64,000 nt of DNA, from the IMG/VR virus record IMGVR_UViG_2831987924_000001; one strand, written 5' to 3'. A model generated the notes under the pieces. That model searched no databases. It worked only from the letters and a program-made list of their open reading frames with translations, and was not told the DNA's origin. The position numbers and the translations under genes were made by a program. This document shows positions 38,967-50,472 of the stretch, in pieces; the stretch's first letter is position 1, and each line of letters starts with the position of its first letter. The DNA is from a virus. Its lineage: Duplodnaviria > Caudoviricetes.

Positions 38967-40178
38967 ATGGAATACAAACGCAAACCATCGGAATCACTGG
39001 ATGAATATAAAATTAGATTATGTAGAAATAAAGATTTATATGATCTGCGCTGGCAAGATATAAGTGAATTGTGGTATGAAGAGACTGGAGAACAAAAATC
39101 TCCAGATTGGTTTAGAAAATTTTATCGCTACTTTAATGAAGGATATGAATGCGCCCTCAAAGAAAATCCTACCAATGAAGAATATATTAAAGAACTTGAA
39201 GAGAAAAAGATTGAATTTGAAAAAGCTAAATATCAATATCAAGATCAACGTAGAGAATATAACAAACTGATTCGTGAGCAGGCAAGAATTGACCATGTAC
39301 GGAATACTCTAGTTCAAGAAGTAAGAAAACTGAATAATACAAAGCCTCTTCAGTGGTATGAAAGAGTTGTTTACTCTAACAGTGATAATCGTGAAGCGTT
39401 ATTGCTTATCTCTGATACACACTATGGAAAATTTGCGAACAATCATTGGAATCAATTTAATAATGATGAATTTAAGCGTAGAATGAAAGTATTGATTAGT
39501 AAAACGATTCAATATTCAAAAGAGCATCGTGTAAAAACTTTGAATGTATTTATTCTTGGCGATTTGATCGAAGGACTTTTACATAATATCACACGGATTA
39601 CAAGTACAGAAGATGCTGTTTCTCAAACTATACATATTTCTGAAATATTATCTGAAGTCTTGTGTGAGTTAGCGAATGAGTTTGAACAATTGAAAGTATA
39701 TAACTGTCGTGGTAATCATGAAAGAGCGATTCAGAATAAGAAAGAGGAAATTGCAAAAGAAAGCTTTAATGATTTGATTATTTGGTATCTAAAAGCAAGA
39801 TTGGGTAACGTGAAAAATATTCAATTTATGAACAATGAAATTGATGATGAAATTATTGTTGCGGATATTTTAGGTTACAAAATATTTGGGGTACATGGTC
39901 ATAGAGATAAAGTTTCTGATGTTGTACAGAATTTAACGTTAATGACCAAAATATTCCCTGATTATGTATGTATGGGACATTATCATCACCATGAGGAAAA
40001 TGAGGTTCATGGTGTTGAAGTAATTATGAATAGTAGTTTTGCTGGAACAGATGAATATACGAAAAATATTCGTAAAACATCTAAGGCTGCTCAAAAATTG
40101 ATTATCTTTGATAAAGATGAAGGAAGATTGTGTACATATAACATAATTTTAAATAAAAAGGAGAAATTTTATGGCTGA
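38967..40178 (+). CDS. calcineurin-like metallophosphoesterase (YonJ-like)
   Basis: SDTHYG, LGDLIEG, GNHE, HGH, GHYH. Confidence 0.85.
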   Translation: MEYKRKPSESLDEYKIRLCRNKDLYDLRWQDISELWYEETGEQKSPDWFRKFYRYFNEGYECALKENPTNEEYIKELEEKKIEFEKAKYQYQDQRREYNKLIREQARIDHVRNTLVQEVRKLNNTKPLQWYERVVYSNSDNREALLLISDTHYGKFANNHWNQFNNDEFKRRMKVLISKTIQYSKEHRVKTLNVFILGDLIEGLLHNITRITSTEDAVSQTIHISEILSEVLCELANEFEQLKVYNCRGNHERAIQNKKEEIAKESFNDLIIWYLKARLGNVKNIQFMNNEIDDEIIVADILGYKIFGVHGHRDKVSDVVQNLTLMTKIFPDYVCMGHYHHHEENEVHGVEVIMNSSFAGTDEYTKNIRKTSKAAQKLIIFDKDEGRLCTYNIILNKKEKFYG

Positions 40179-40431
40179 TATTTTCAAATTCCAAAAAGAT
40201 GATGAATGTTGTTCTTATTGTCAATTGGTTAATGAATATTTTACATACATTATGGAAGCTGACTCGGCAAATGAAGTTCATGATTTGTTGCATGAATTGG
40301 TATCAAAAGTGAAAGATATGGCTTATTTGGATGGATACAAAAAATGTCTGATTGATGATGTAGAAGCTAAGCTGAATACATTGAATTGTATTGATGGCGA
40401 ATGTGATTGTGGAGAATGTGATTATAATTAA
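40171..40431 (+). CDS. small Cys-rich hypothetical protein
   Basis: AAGGAG RBS, 86 aa. Confidence 0.7.
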   Translation: MADIFKFQKDDECCSYCQLVNEYFTYIMEADSANEVHDLLHELVSKVKDMAYLDGYKKCLIDDVEAKLNTLNCIDGECDCGECDYN

Positions 40432-40505
40432 CAAAAATATAATGGTATGACGGTGAATTAATCGTCCGATGCCACTTCCCTACTTTTAAAATTTGTGGAG
40501 GTGGT

Positions 40506-41135
40506 TTGATGGAGAAAGTTAAAAAGTCTAAACTTTGGGATATTGAATTTGAAACAATTAGCTCTACTCCCCCACTTATTGATTATGTACAATACGAATT
40601 ATTGGAAGATAGGCGTATTTATCTTACTTCTGACATTGGTTCAGACACAATTGAATATGTGAATACGTTAATTGAAAAATTTAATTATGAGGATGAAAAG
40701 AATAGTATTAATCCAGAAGAAGCCAAACCTATCCGCCTGTACATTAACTCATACGGTGGGTCTATATATGATGGGTTGTCTATTGTAAACACTATTCTTA
40801 CTTCAAAGACAAAGGTTATTGGTATTTGTACGGGATACGCAATGAGCATGGGATTAGGTATTTATGTTGCATGTCATGAACGTTGGGCTATGCCGTATAC
40901 GAATTTTATGTATCATGAACTCAGTTCAAGTGCTTCTGGAAGAGCTGAAGAAATTAAACGTGCCACTCAAGAATATGAACGTTTACAAAAGATGTATGAC
41001 CATATTTTGACAAGTCGTACTTCATTATCACAAAAGAAATTGAATACCGTGAAGAAATCGGCAAACGATTGGTTTTTTGATGTTTATGAAGCGAAGAAAT
41101 ATGGTGTGGTACATAAGATTATTGGTGTTGATTAG
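40506..41135 (+). CDS. clpP: ClpP-family serine protease
   Basis: YINSYGG, AMSMG (catalytic Ser), FMYHE (His), DWFFD...EA-x-x-YG. Confidence 0.85.
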   Translation: MMEKVKKSKLWDIEFETISSTPPLIDYVQYELLEDRRIYLTSDIGSDTIEYVNTLIEKFNYEDEKNSINPEEAKPIRLYINSYGGSIYDGLSIVNTILTSKTKVIGICTGYAMSMGLGIYVACHERWAMPYTNFMYHELSSSASGRAEEIKRATQEYERLQKMYDHILTSRTSLSQKKLNTVKKSANDWFFDVYEAKKYGVVHKIIGVD

Positions 41136-41277
41136 TAAAATATAAACAAAATCACAATTTTATATAGTCATCTCCCCTCTCCTTTTCATACATAAAGCCT
41201 TTTTCAAGCATCTGTCACTTGACATCCCTCTTGTGACGGGTGCTTTATAAAGGGTTTTATAAATAAATTATAATGGG

Positions 41278-41469
41278 GTGTTTAATTTGAATAAGAGTGA
41301 TTTGTTTTATTGTTACAGTGGTAAATTGAAAAGATTTCTACTTAAAGAAAAGAAAATTCAATATTTACATAAAGGATTCAATGAAAGAACACAAAAATAC
41401 TTTTGGGTCTTTATAAGAAATGAAGAATTAAATAACGCTTTAACAGAGTGGTCACAAAATAAATTATAA
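41278..41469 (+). CDS. small FYCYS-motif protein, paralog of 9722..9907
   Basis: FYCYSGKLKRFL...FWVF. Confidence 0.7.
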   Translation: MFNLNKSDLFYCYSGKLKRFLLKEKKIQYLHKGFNERTQKYFWVFIRNEELNNALTEWSQNKL

Positions 41470-41523
41470 TTTTAAAATAGATTAATTTGAATAAATAAAT
41501 TATATAGAAAGGAATGATTAATT

Positions 41524-42816
41524 ATGTTAATTACTAAAAATGTTAAAGTTAAATGGTGTAAACAAAATAGAGAACATTATGAAAAATTGGGTTATAAATT
41601 TACAAAATATCTGGATTCATTTGTAGTGAAAATTGAAGATTTAACTTCACAAAGCCATGTTGAAGTAGAAATGATTTGCGATAACTGTAATAAAACAAAA
41701 ATGACGCTTCCTTATAGAGAATATTTAAAAAGATATAAAGATAAAACTTATTTTTGTAACAATTGTAAAAAAGAAATTAAATTCAACGATTTAAAACAAA
41801 GATTTGAAAATAAAGGATATATTTTAGTTTCAGATATATCTGAATATGAAAATGTATTTTCTTATGTTAATTATATTTGTAAAAAGCATAAAGAAAAGGG
41901 TGTTATGAAAATTTTAGTTAATTCATTTAATAATGGTTCAGGTTGTAAATATTGTGGAATTGAAAAGATGATAAATAAAAATAAAAAATCTTATGAAGAA
42001 GTAAAAGAGTTGTTTAAAAGTAAAAATCTAATTCTTTTAACAGATAATTATGAATCTGCTAATCAATTATTAAAATTTATTTGTGAAAATCATAAAGATA
42101 AGGGCGTACAAAAAATTAGATATAGAGCTGTTGCAGACGGACAAGGTTGTAAATATTGTGGCTATGAAAGAATATCAAATAAAATGAAACATAATTACGA
42201 TTTTGTAAAATCAGAGTTTGAAAAAAGAAATTATATTTTATTAGATAAGGAATATAGATGGACAAAAAATAAACTAAAATATATCTGTAAAAAACACCCA
42301 AATAAAATTCAAGAAATTGAATTTAGAGCGTTATATAATCAAAATCAAGGGTGTAAGTTCTGTGCTTTAGAAAAGGTTTCTGGCGAAAATAGCGTACATT
42401 GGAAAGGCGGTATTTCTTCATTATCCGCATATTTAAGAACCTTTTTAAATGATTGGAAAATGGAATCTTTTAAAAAATGCGATTATAAATGTGTTATAAC
42501 TGGCAAGAAATCTAATGGTGATTTTGAAGTTCATCATCTACTATCAGTTGATTTAATTATACAAAAAATACTTTCTGAAATAAACATGGAACTAAAACCA
42601 AAAATTTCAGATTACTCTAAAGATGAATTGAAAATATTGAAAAATTTATTTACAAAAGAAAACAATAAGTTGCATGGAGTAGTTTTAGACCCGAAAATTC
42701 ACCGTTTATACCACAAAATTTATGGATACGGTAACAATACACCTGAACAATTTGAAGAATTTAAAGAAAGATATAAAAATGGTGAATTTGACGATTTGAT
42801 TGGAGAAGCGGTTTGA
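41524..42816 (+). CDS. free-standing HNH homing endonuclease with zinc-ribbon repeats
   Basis: repeated C-x-x-H...GCKYC units; KCVITG...EVHHL...H-x-x-YH-x-x-YG. Confidence 0.85.
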   Translation: MLITKNVKVKWCKQNREHYEKLGYKFTKYLDSFVVKIEDLTSQSHVEVEMICDNCNKTKMTLPYREYLKRYKDKTYFCNNCKKEIKFNDLKQRFENKGYILVSDISEYENVFSYVNYICKKHKEKGVMKILVNSFNNGSGCKYCGIEKMINKNKKSYEEVKELFKSKNLILLTDNYESANQLLKFICENHKDKGVQKIRYRAVADGQGCKYCGYERISNKMKHNYDFVKSEFEKRNYILLDKEYRWTKNKLKYICKKHPNKIQEIEFRALYNQNQGCKFCALEKVSGENSVHWKGGISSLSAYLRTFLNDWKMESFKKCDYKCVITGKKSNGDFEVHHLLSVDLIIQKILSEINMELKPKISDYSKDELKILKNLFTKENNKLHGVVLDPKIHRLYHKIYGYGNNTPEQFEEFKERYKNGEFDDLIGEAV

Positions 42817-42867
42817 TGTTTGATACCGTTTCTCTTTTTATTTTAAACGAAACGGAGGTGAAATTTT

Positions 42868-43707
42868 ATGTCACGTAAGAAACAAGAAAAGAAAAGATGT
42901 TTAAAATGTGAAAGAGAATTAGCTCCACTTAATTTTTATAGCGGTAATGAAATTATATTTCCTGATGGAAAAATACATTTATGTAAGAATTGCTGCTCAC
43001 AAATTATAGATCAACATGGTTTTGAAGGATTCAAAATGATACTTCGCATTATTGACAAACCATTTTTACAAGATGTTTATAATGATGATCCAAAGGCATA
43101 CATAAGACAAGTAAATAGTTTACCTCAATATCGTAATATGACTTATGATGATAGCGATTTTGTAGGTAATACAGTTAATAACACTATTGAAATTAACAAA
43201 GAAAAAGAAAAATTTTTAAATATTGATGATGAGGTTCGGAAAAGATGGATAGGATTCACCTCTGAAGAAGATATTATGTTTTTAGAAAATTTTTATCAAG
43301 AATTAATTGCGACCTATGAATCTAAAACTCCTATTCAAAGAAATTTATATAAAAATATAGCTGAAACACAATTATTAGCTAATAAGGCAAGAGAGCAAGG
43401 AAAAATTAAAGAATATCAAGATTTATTAAAAACCATGAGTACGCTAATGACAGATGCTAAAGTTAAACCGTTACAAGAAACTGGTGCAGAAGATGGTGGT
43501 TTATCTACTTGGGGACAATGGGTTAAAAAGATTGAAGAAACTGAACCCATTCCTGAAGCCGAAGGAGAATTTAAAGATCCTGATGGTATTATGAAATATT
43601 TTCAGAAATTCTTTGTTAATCATTTTGCTAGAGTGTTTGGTTTGGAAGATAGAAACACCATCGAAAAAGATTTAGAAGATATGATGAAGGAAGATGGTGT
43701 TAGATAA
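42868..43707 (+). CDS. probable terminase small subunit (Zn-finger N-terminus)
   Basis: position directly before terL; CLKC...CKNC; WGQWVK-x-IE...P. Confidence 0.65.
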   Translation: MSRKKQEKKRCLKCERELAPLNFYSGNEIIFPDGKIHLCKNCCSQIIDQHGFEGFKMILRIIDKPFLQDVYNDDPKAYIRQVNSLPQYRNMTYDDSDFVGNTVNNTIEINKEKEKFLNIDDEVRKRWIGFTSEEDIMFLENFYQELIATYESKTPIQRNLYKNIAETQLLANKAREQGKIKEYQDLLKTMSTLMTDAKVKPLQETGAEDGGLSTWGQWVKKIEETEPIPEAEGEFKDPDGIMKYFQKFFVNHFARVFGLEDRNTIEKDLEDMMKEDGVR

Positions 43708-45786
43708 TGGCAGGATATAAACATTTTCAAATAGATCGAAATAAATATAAAAATGGAATTATAGATATTTATAAAAAAGAAATTAATCCAAATAAAGTTG
43801 ATGAAAATTTGAGTAAAAATGAACGTTTAAGAAATGGATTTAAAAAATGGAGTTCCTTTTTTCGAAGTAATCCTCATCGTTTTGCCGAATCATATTTAGG
43901 GCTTAAACTTAAAACTTACCAAAAAATTCTATTATATTTAATGTTTCATGTTTCGGCGTTCATGTATTTTGCTGCAAGGGGTCAGGGCAAGAGTTACATA
44001 ATTTCCATTTTCTGTATAATACGTTGTATACTATATCCCAACACAAAAATTGTGATTGCCTCTGGTAATTGTATTGCCGTCTAATGTGGAAACACATTAG
44101 ATCATCAGCGCGGAAGAAAACAGGAAGGCTGAGATGCTAACCTGAGTGGAAGGCTAAGAGTAACATCTTAGTCACACGCAACGCATAGACGGTGAAACTC
44201 CGATTAAGGAGAATATAATCCGTCCACGAGTCCGCGCCACCTAAGTCCTTTAAAGGATATGGTGAAAACGTATGCTGAACTAACGGGAAATGAACCGTTA
44301 GAAGTACAGGATAAAAAGCCTGTACGGTAACATTTTGACAAAGGGGCAAGCCAAATTAATTATAACAGAAAAAATTCAAAAAGAATTAATGCAATATCCT
44401 AATATAGCAAGAGAAATAAAAGAAATTAAAACAGGTAGCAACCAAGTAGTTGTAGTATTTCAAAATGGAAGCACAATTGAAGCCGTAGTTTCGAACGATA
44501 ATGCACGAGGATACCGATGTCAAATTTTAGTGCTTGACGAATTTCGTATGATTAAAGAAGACGTTTATGAAAAAGTTTTAAAACACTTCTTAAACGTACA
44601 ACGTCAACCTCCTTACCTTAATAATCCTAAATATGCTCATTTAAAAGAAGAAAACAAACAGATATTTATTTCTAGTGCTTGGTTTAAAAATCATTGGAGC
44701 TATGAAAAATTTATTGATTATAGAAACGCCATGCTTAAAGGTAAAGATTATTTTGTTTGTGCTTTACCTTATACAGTATCTTTATATCATGGATTATTAA
44801 GTAGAAAATTTGTTGAAGATGAACGTTCTCATGATAATTTTGACCCTATCGCATGGCAAATGGAAATGGAATGTTTGTTCTTTGGGGAATCTGAAAAAGC
44901 ATTTTTTAAATTTGAAGATTTACAAAAAAACAGAAGTTTAATTAAACCATTTTACCCTTTAACAAATGTAGAATATTTAGAAAATAAAGGTAAACGTAAA
45001 AAATCAACTAAAATGGAAGGCGAAATTCGTCTAATTGGTGTTGACGTTGCTATTATGGGCGGTAATGATAACGACAACACCATTTTTACTTGTATGAGAT
45101 TATTACCTAATGGTGATTCATATATTAAACAAGTTCCTTATATTGAAAGTTTAAACGGTCAACACAGTGAGAAACAAGCCATAAGATTAAAACAATTATT
45201 TGAAGACTTTGAAGCAGATTATGTTGTAATGGATACATCAGGTAACGGTATATCTTTATATGATGATTGCGGTCGTATCCTTTATGATGAGGAAAGAGAT
45301 ATTGAATATCCTGCTTGGTGTGCATTTAATAACGATGAAATGAAAAATCGTGTTTTAGATAAAAATGCCTTGCCTGTCATCTATTCTTTAAAAGTCGTAA
45401 AACAAGAAGTAAACCATGATATTGCAATGTCTCTAAGAGCTGATTTAGAAAAAGGTCGGATTAAGTTACTCATTAATGAATTAGATGCAAAAGATTATTT
45501 AACTGAAAAACATGGATTTTTAAAGAAAACTCCAGAAGAACAAGCTATTCTATTAAATCCTTATATTCAAACAACAATTTTAATTAATGAGATGATTAAC
45601 CTTGAATATGAAATTAGAAATGGATTTGTAAAATTAAGTGAAGTTGGCAAAAATAGGAAAGACCGTTACAGTAGTTTGGCTTATTGCAATTACTATGCTC
45701 GTGAATTAGAAACGAAATTAAAAAAGAAAAAGAATGCAGTTGATCCAACTAAACTATTCCTATTCAAATCCCCTACCATAATGTAA
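43707..45786 (+). CDS. terL: terminase large subunit, join(43707..44066,44338..45786), 602 aa after splicing
   Basis: Walker A ARGQGKS; spliced junction IASG|TKGQA; Walker B LVLDEF; nuclease IGVDVA...KDRYSS. Confidence 0.92.
44067..44337 (+). ncRNA. group I intron (ORF-less, 271 nt) in terL
   Basis: exon ends in U; P1 GGTAAT/ATTGCC with U.G wobble; P3 GCGCGGA/TCCGCGC; P7 GCATA/TATGC; terminal G; frame restored. Confidence 0.92.
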
Positions 45787-45802
45787 AGAAAGGATGTGCG
45801 AC

Positions 45803-47263
45803 ATGAGCGATATAGTGATTAATCAACCGACTAAATTAGATTTTGCAAAAATATCTAAATTAATTATAAACGATTTGAATGATTCTACACCATCATCTTC
45901 CATTAATAAAAAATATACAAAAGAAGATATTATTCGATTCATGCAAAATCCACGCAAAAATCAAAAACAATTGCGTGAAGTGAGTCGATATTTATATGAA
46001 GTAAGCCCTAATTATAAACGATTAATTTTATATTTTGCTTGTTTGCCTACATTCGACTATATTGTTGAACCTTATGGATTAAATACAGAAAAAATAAATA
46101 AGAAAACATTTAAAACACAATATCAAAAAACACTTGAATTATTAGAAATAATGAATTTACCACATGAATTTTTAAAAGTGCTAAAAATCGCTTTTAAAGA
46201 AGATGTGTTTTATGGATATGAGCATATATCAGATGATTCTTATTTCATTCAACCTTTAGATCCTGATTATTGTCAAATTTCAAGTATCGAAGACGGTGTA
46301 TATAATTTTGCTTTTGATTTTTCGTATTTTAATAAATATCCTAAAAAGTTAAAACAGTATCCAGAAGAATTTCAACAAAAATATAAAAAATATGAGAAAG
46401 ATAAAAAGAATTATCGTTGGCAAGAATTAGATTCGAATAATACGATTTGCATTAAAGTCAATGAAGAATTAGACTATCCTCTCCCTCCTTTCAATGCGGT
46501 TTTTGAATCGGTATTTGATATTGAGGATTATAAAAAATTAAAGAAAGTAAAAACAAAATTAGACAACTATATGGTATTAACTCAACAAATTCCTATTGAT
46601 GATAAGAATAGTGAACCAAATAATTTTTTGATTGATTTAGATACAGCTATTGCTTTTCATAATCGTGCAGTTCAAGCATTACCTGAAGCAGTTGGGTTAA
46701 TTACCTCTCCAATGAAAATTGATGCAATTAAATTAGATCGCAAACAAACAGATACTGACCAAGTAGCTCAAGCTGAACGTGATTATTATAATGCTGCCGG
46801 AGTTAGTCAATTCTTATTTAACAGTGAAAAAGTAACAAGTGTTGGATTGAGTAAATCCATTAATACAGATGAACAAATTGTTTTTGCTTTATTACGTCAA
46901 TTTGAACGTTGGGTAAATCGTAAATTAAAGAATTTTAATACTAAATATAAATTTAGAATTCGTTTTCTCAATACAACTGTATTTAATGTAGATAATGTGT
47001 TTGAGAAATATTTAAAAGCAGCACAATACGGTATGCCAGTGAAATTGGCATTAGGAGCTTCGCTTGGATTGTCAGGAAGTGAAATGGCAAATATGGTGTT
47101 CCTTGAAAATGAGATTATGGAGTTACATGACACATTAATCCCTCTCTCCTCTTCTCACACACAATCTAGTAAAGGTGAAAAAGGAAGACCACAAAAGTCT
47201 GAAGATGAACTTACTGAAAGTGGAGTTAAAACAAGAGATACAGATGGCAATGTAAGAGAATAG
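45803..47263 (+). CDS. portal protein
   Basis: about 490 aa, immediately after terL; C-terminal GRP...tail. Confidence 0.8.
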   Translation: MSDIVINQPTKLDFAKISKLIINDLNDSTPSSSINKKYTKEDIIRFMQNPRKNQKQLREVSRYLYEVSPNYKRLILYFACLPTFDYIVEPYGLNTEKINKKTFKTQYQKTLELLEIMNLPHEFLKVLKIAFKEDVFYGYEHISDDSYFIQPLDPDYCQISSIEDGVYNFAFDFSYFNKYPKKLKQYPEEFQQKYKKYEKDKKNYRWQELDSNNTICIKVNEELDYPLPPFNAVFESVFDIEDYKKLKKVKTKLDNYMVLTQQIPIDDKNSEPNNFLIDLDTAIAFHNRAVQALPEAVGLITSPMKIDAIKLDRKQTDTDQVAQAERDYYNAAGVSQFLFNSEKVTSVGLSKSINTDEQIVFALLRQFERWVNRKLKNFNTKYKFRIRFLNTTVFNVDNVFEKYLKAAQYGMPVKLALGASLGLSGSEMANMVFLENEIMELHDTLIPLSSSHTQSSKGEKGRPQKSEDELTESGVKTRDTDGNVRE

Positions 47264-47291
47264 TTTTATTTATTGAAAGGAGGTGAAATGA

Positions 47292-48737
47292 TTGGAGAAA
47301 AAAGTTGAAAAATTTATTCCTTTAATCTTTCAAAAAGTTCAAGATTATGAAGCTAATGATACACGTTTTACTAAAGTGAAAATTTGGCTAATGCATATCC
47401 ATGAAAATCTGAATGGAAGCTACTTTTCAAAAGAAGTAGTAACTGAAGCTATTCCTACTCTTGCCAATACACCAATTTTAGCTTTTATTGAAGAAAATTC
47501 TGATGGTGAAATTGATTTTTCAGATCATCGAATGGTTTTAGTTAAAAAAGATGGTGAAATTTCTATTAAATATTTGGGTCAAGCCATTGGTGTGATTCCA
47601 TCTGATAATAATGCTCACTTTGAGACACGATTATGTGACGATGGAATTGAGCGAGAATTTCTTGTTTGTGAGGGTTTAATTTGGAATAAATGGGATGATC
47701 CTATTGATATTTTTAATCGTGATGTGGTTAAGTGGCAATCGATGGAACTACATGATGACTATGAAGGTTATTGGGGCGATGATGGATTATTCCATTTTAC
47801 TAAATTTAAATTCTTTGGTGCTTGTGCATTAGGTAAAGATGTACTACCTGCTATGCATAATGCTACTATTGAAGCTCAATTTTCTTATAATGACATTTTT
47901 AAAGAGATTCAAGAAAAAATGGAGCAGTTTAAAGCTTTTTCTCAAGAAGGAGGTCAAGTCATGGAAGATAATAAAAATGTAAAAACGGATAACAAAACTA
48001 ATTTTGCTTTAACTGCTGGACAACTAAGAGATGAAATCCGAGCTGAATTACACAAAGTATCTTCTATTGATGAGTGGGGATATGAATATCATAGATATTG
48101 GTATGTTGATCATACTGATAATTTAGTTATTGCAGAAGATGGTGAAGATAGTTTTAGATTAGTTGGATTTAATTATACAGTAGAAAATGATAAAGTTACT
48201 ATTGATTTTGAATCCAAAAAACGAGTGAGAATTGTATATGAGTTAATTGAAAATGATACACAACAATTAGAATTTAATATTGTATCTAAAGATAGAGTTG
48301 AATACAATTTGAAAGTAAAAGAAAAAGAACTTGAACAAACTTTCTCTACTCAAAAAGATGAAGAAGTTAATAAAGTCAAACAAGAATTTACTTCACTAGA
48401 AGAAAAATATAATAAATTAGAACAAGAAGTAAATGAACTTCGTCAATTCAAATCTAATAAATTGGCAGAAGAACGCGCTAAAGCTGAGCAAGAATTATAT
48501 GAGCGTTTTTCCGCTGAATTAACTGAAGAAGAAATTGAAGAAGTGAAAGCAGTTGCAAGTGAATATACACTTGAACAATTAGAGGAAAAACTATTTACTT
48601 TAGTTGGTAAGAAAAAAGCTAATTTCTCTAAACAAACTAAAAAAGAAAAACAGCCTGTGAAAATTGCTTTAGAAATTGAAACAAAAGAAAAAACATCTAG
48701 ATATGGAGATTTATTCGAAAGATTTGGTACTAAGTAA
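47292..48737 (+). CDS. prohead protease/scaffold protein
   Basis: N-x-NGS-x-F, QSME, F-x-GAC-x-LG...PAM, followed by a coiled-coil C-terminus. Confidence 0.75.
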   Translation: MEKKVEKFIPLIFQKVQDYEANDTRFTKVKIWLMHIHENLNGSYFSKEVVTEAIPTLANTPILAFIEENSDGEIDFSDHRMVLVKKDGEISIKYLGQAIGVIPSDNNAHFETRLCDDGIEREFLVCEGLIWNKWDDPIDIFNRDVVKWQSMELHDDYEGYWGDDGLFHFTKFKFFGACALGKDVLPAMHNATIEAQFSYNDIFKEIQEKMEQFKAFSQEGGQVMEDNKNVKTDNKTNFALTAGQLRDEIRAELHKVSSIDEWGYEYHRYWYVDHTDNLVIAEDGEDSFRLVGFNYTVENDKVTIDFESKKRVRIVYELIENDTQQLEFNIVSKDRVEYNLKVKEKELEQTFSTQKDEEVNKVKQEFTSLEEKYNKLEQEVNELRQFKSNKLAEERAKAEQELYERFSAELTEEEIEEVKAVASEYTLEQLEEKLFTLVGKKKANFSKQTKKEKQPVKIALEIETKEKTSRYGDLFERFGTK

Positions 48738-48740
48738 TTA

Positions 48741-48769
48741 AGCATCATTCTGTAAAGAGTGGTGCTTTT
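48741..48769 (+). terminator. intrinsic terminator
   Basis: AGCATCATTCT/AGAGTGGTGCT stem followed by TTT. Confidence 0.5.
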
Positions 48770-48807
48770 ATTATTTATAAAAAATAAAAAAATAGGAGGA
48801 ATAAAGA

Positions 48808-49359
48808 ATGGCTTACTCTGTTGTTCGATTGGATAATGTAAAAGCTGCTTACACTGGTCACATTTTTTCAGTTAAAGCTCCAGAAGAATTGCAAAATGGA
48901 TTTGTTGGTCATTTAGGTGGTTTTGTAAATGGCGAGCGTGAAGTTCGCACTCTTGAGAAACCCACTACAGCTTCAATTAGCCAAAAAGGATTGGTATTGA
49001 TTGCTCACTCCCCTATTAACTATGATGAATCTACAATGGCTTCTGCTTCTGAACAAAATTATAAAATTGAAGCTGGTGAAGTTGTTCGTGCTTATGAATT
49101 GCATGAATATGATATCTTCTCTGTAACAAAAGAAGGAATTGATTTAATTGGTGCTGATGCAGGTGTAGGCAACTATGTTGTTGCAAAAGATGGTTCTTTC
49201 AAATTAAAAGAAGTTGCAACTCCTGCTGGTACAGAAGCATTTGTAGGTAAAATTATTGCTCAAGAAGCTGTTGGTACAACAACAGTTGTTGGTGCTAATG
49301 GTGCAGTTGGTCGTGTACTTGAGTATGTAGTTATTGAAGTTATCAAAAACGTAAAATAA
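48808..49359 (+). CDS. probable capsid decoration/structural protein
   Basis: position between scaffold and major capsid genes; strong RBS and codon bias. Confidence 0.65.
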   Translation: MAYSVVRLDNVKAAYTGHIFSVKAPEELQNGFVGHLGGFVNGEREVRTLEKPTTASISQKGLVLIAHSPINYDESTMASASEQNYKIEAGEVVRAYELHEYDIFSVTKEGIDLIGADAGVGNYVVAKDGSFKLKEVATPAGTEAFVGKIIAQEAVGTTTVVGANGAVGRVLEYVVIEVIKNVK

Positions 49360-49400
49360 TTAGTTTTATAAATAAAATATAATAATAGGAGGATTCAGAA

Positions 49401-50399
49401 ATGAAACAAGAATTGGTTAAGCTTTGTGTAGATACAGTTTACAATCGTGTTCAAAACTATTCTAAATATGAAGCTGATGAAGTTATTCGTAAAGCATTTT
49501 TTGAAATTTTGGGTACTGACAAACCAACTTACAAAGATGTTCGCAAACATAAAGTTGAAGTTTTTGAAATTATTGAAGAAGTATTAGATCAAACTATTGT
49601 TTCTGGCATGACTGAAAACAACTTCTTCCTTCAATTTGCGGAAGTCCGCAATCTTGCTTTGGGTGATTCTCAAGAATTCTATGTTCCTGATAACAGTGTA
49701 CTAGTGGCTGCTGAACATGCAGGAAACCATTGGAACATCAGAAGACAAAAATTAGATGTTGGAACAAGCTTTACAGTAAAAACTAAAGCTTATGCTGTGG
49801 CTGTATATGCTGACTTCTTGCAATTCTTAGCAGGTCGTATTGATTTCGCTGGTTTAGTTGCAAAAGTAGCTAAGGCTATGCAAGAAAAATTGAATGAAGA
49901 AGTTTATGCTTCTTTCATGGGTTCAATGAACTACTTACCTGCTCAATTTAAATCTACTGGTACATATGATGAAGACACATTAATGGATATTATTGCTCAT
50001 GTTGAGGCAGCTACTGGTTCTCCTGTTCTTGTAGCAGGTACTCGTAAAGCATTGAGCAAAGTGCTTGCAGGTGTAAATACTACGTTTATTTCTGAAAACA
50101 TGAAAGATCAAGTAAATCGTCAAGGTATGGTTCAATACATTAACGGTATTCCATTGTTACAAATTCCTAACTATCATAAACCTAATACATTTGACTTTGC
50201 TATTTCTGATTCTCGTCTTATGATTTTACCGACTGCTGATGTAAAACCAATTAAAATTGTATACGAAGGAGATTCTTTAGTTAAAGAAGTATCTGATGGT
50301 ACTGATAATATGGATATGTCTCTTGAATACAAATTCATTACACGCTTTGGTGTAAACGTTGTATTTAATACGCTTTATGGTATGTACGAAATCGCTTAA
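49401..50399 (+). CDS. major capsid protein
   Basis: 332 aa, strong RBS and codon bias, position, terminator hairpin downstream. Confidence 0.85.
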   Translation: MKQELVKLCVDTVYNRVQNYSKYEADEVIRKAFFEILGTDKPTYKDVRKHKVEVFEIIEEVLDQTIVSGMTENNFFLQFAEVRNLALGDSQEFYVPDNSVLVAAEHAGNHWNIRRQKLDVGTSFTVKTKAYAVAVYADFLQFLAGRIDFAGLVAKVAKAMQEKLNEEVYASFMGSMNYLPAQFKSTGTYDEDTLMDIIAHVEAATGSPVLVAGTRKALSKVLAGVNTTFISENMKDQVNRQGMVQYINGIPLLQIPNYHKPNTFDFAISDSRLMILPTADVKPIKIVYEGDSLVKEVSDGTDNMDMSLEYKFITRFGVNVVFNTLYGMYEIA

Positions 50400-50420
50400 T
50401 AAATAAATTATAAAAATATA

Positions 50421-50443
50421 TCAGGGGATTTTATATCCCCTGA
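50421..50443 (+). terminator. hairpin/terminator after the major capsid gene
   Basis: TCAGGGGAT/ATCCCCTGA stem. Confidence 0.55.
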
Positions 50444-50472
50444 TTCTATTGAGTAAAAGGAGGAAAATTTAT

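Noticed and set aside
43707-45786. terL as a pseudogene or two separate genes
   Set aside because: The gap has full group I intron structure, and its removal restores IASGTKGQA in frame.
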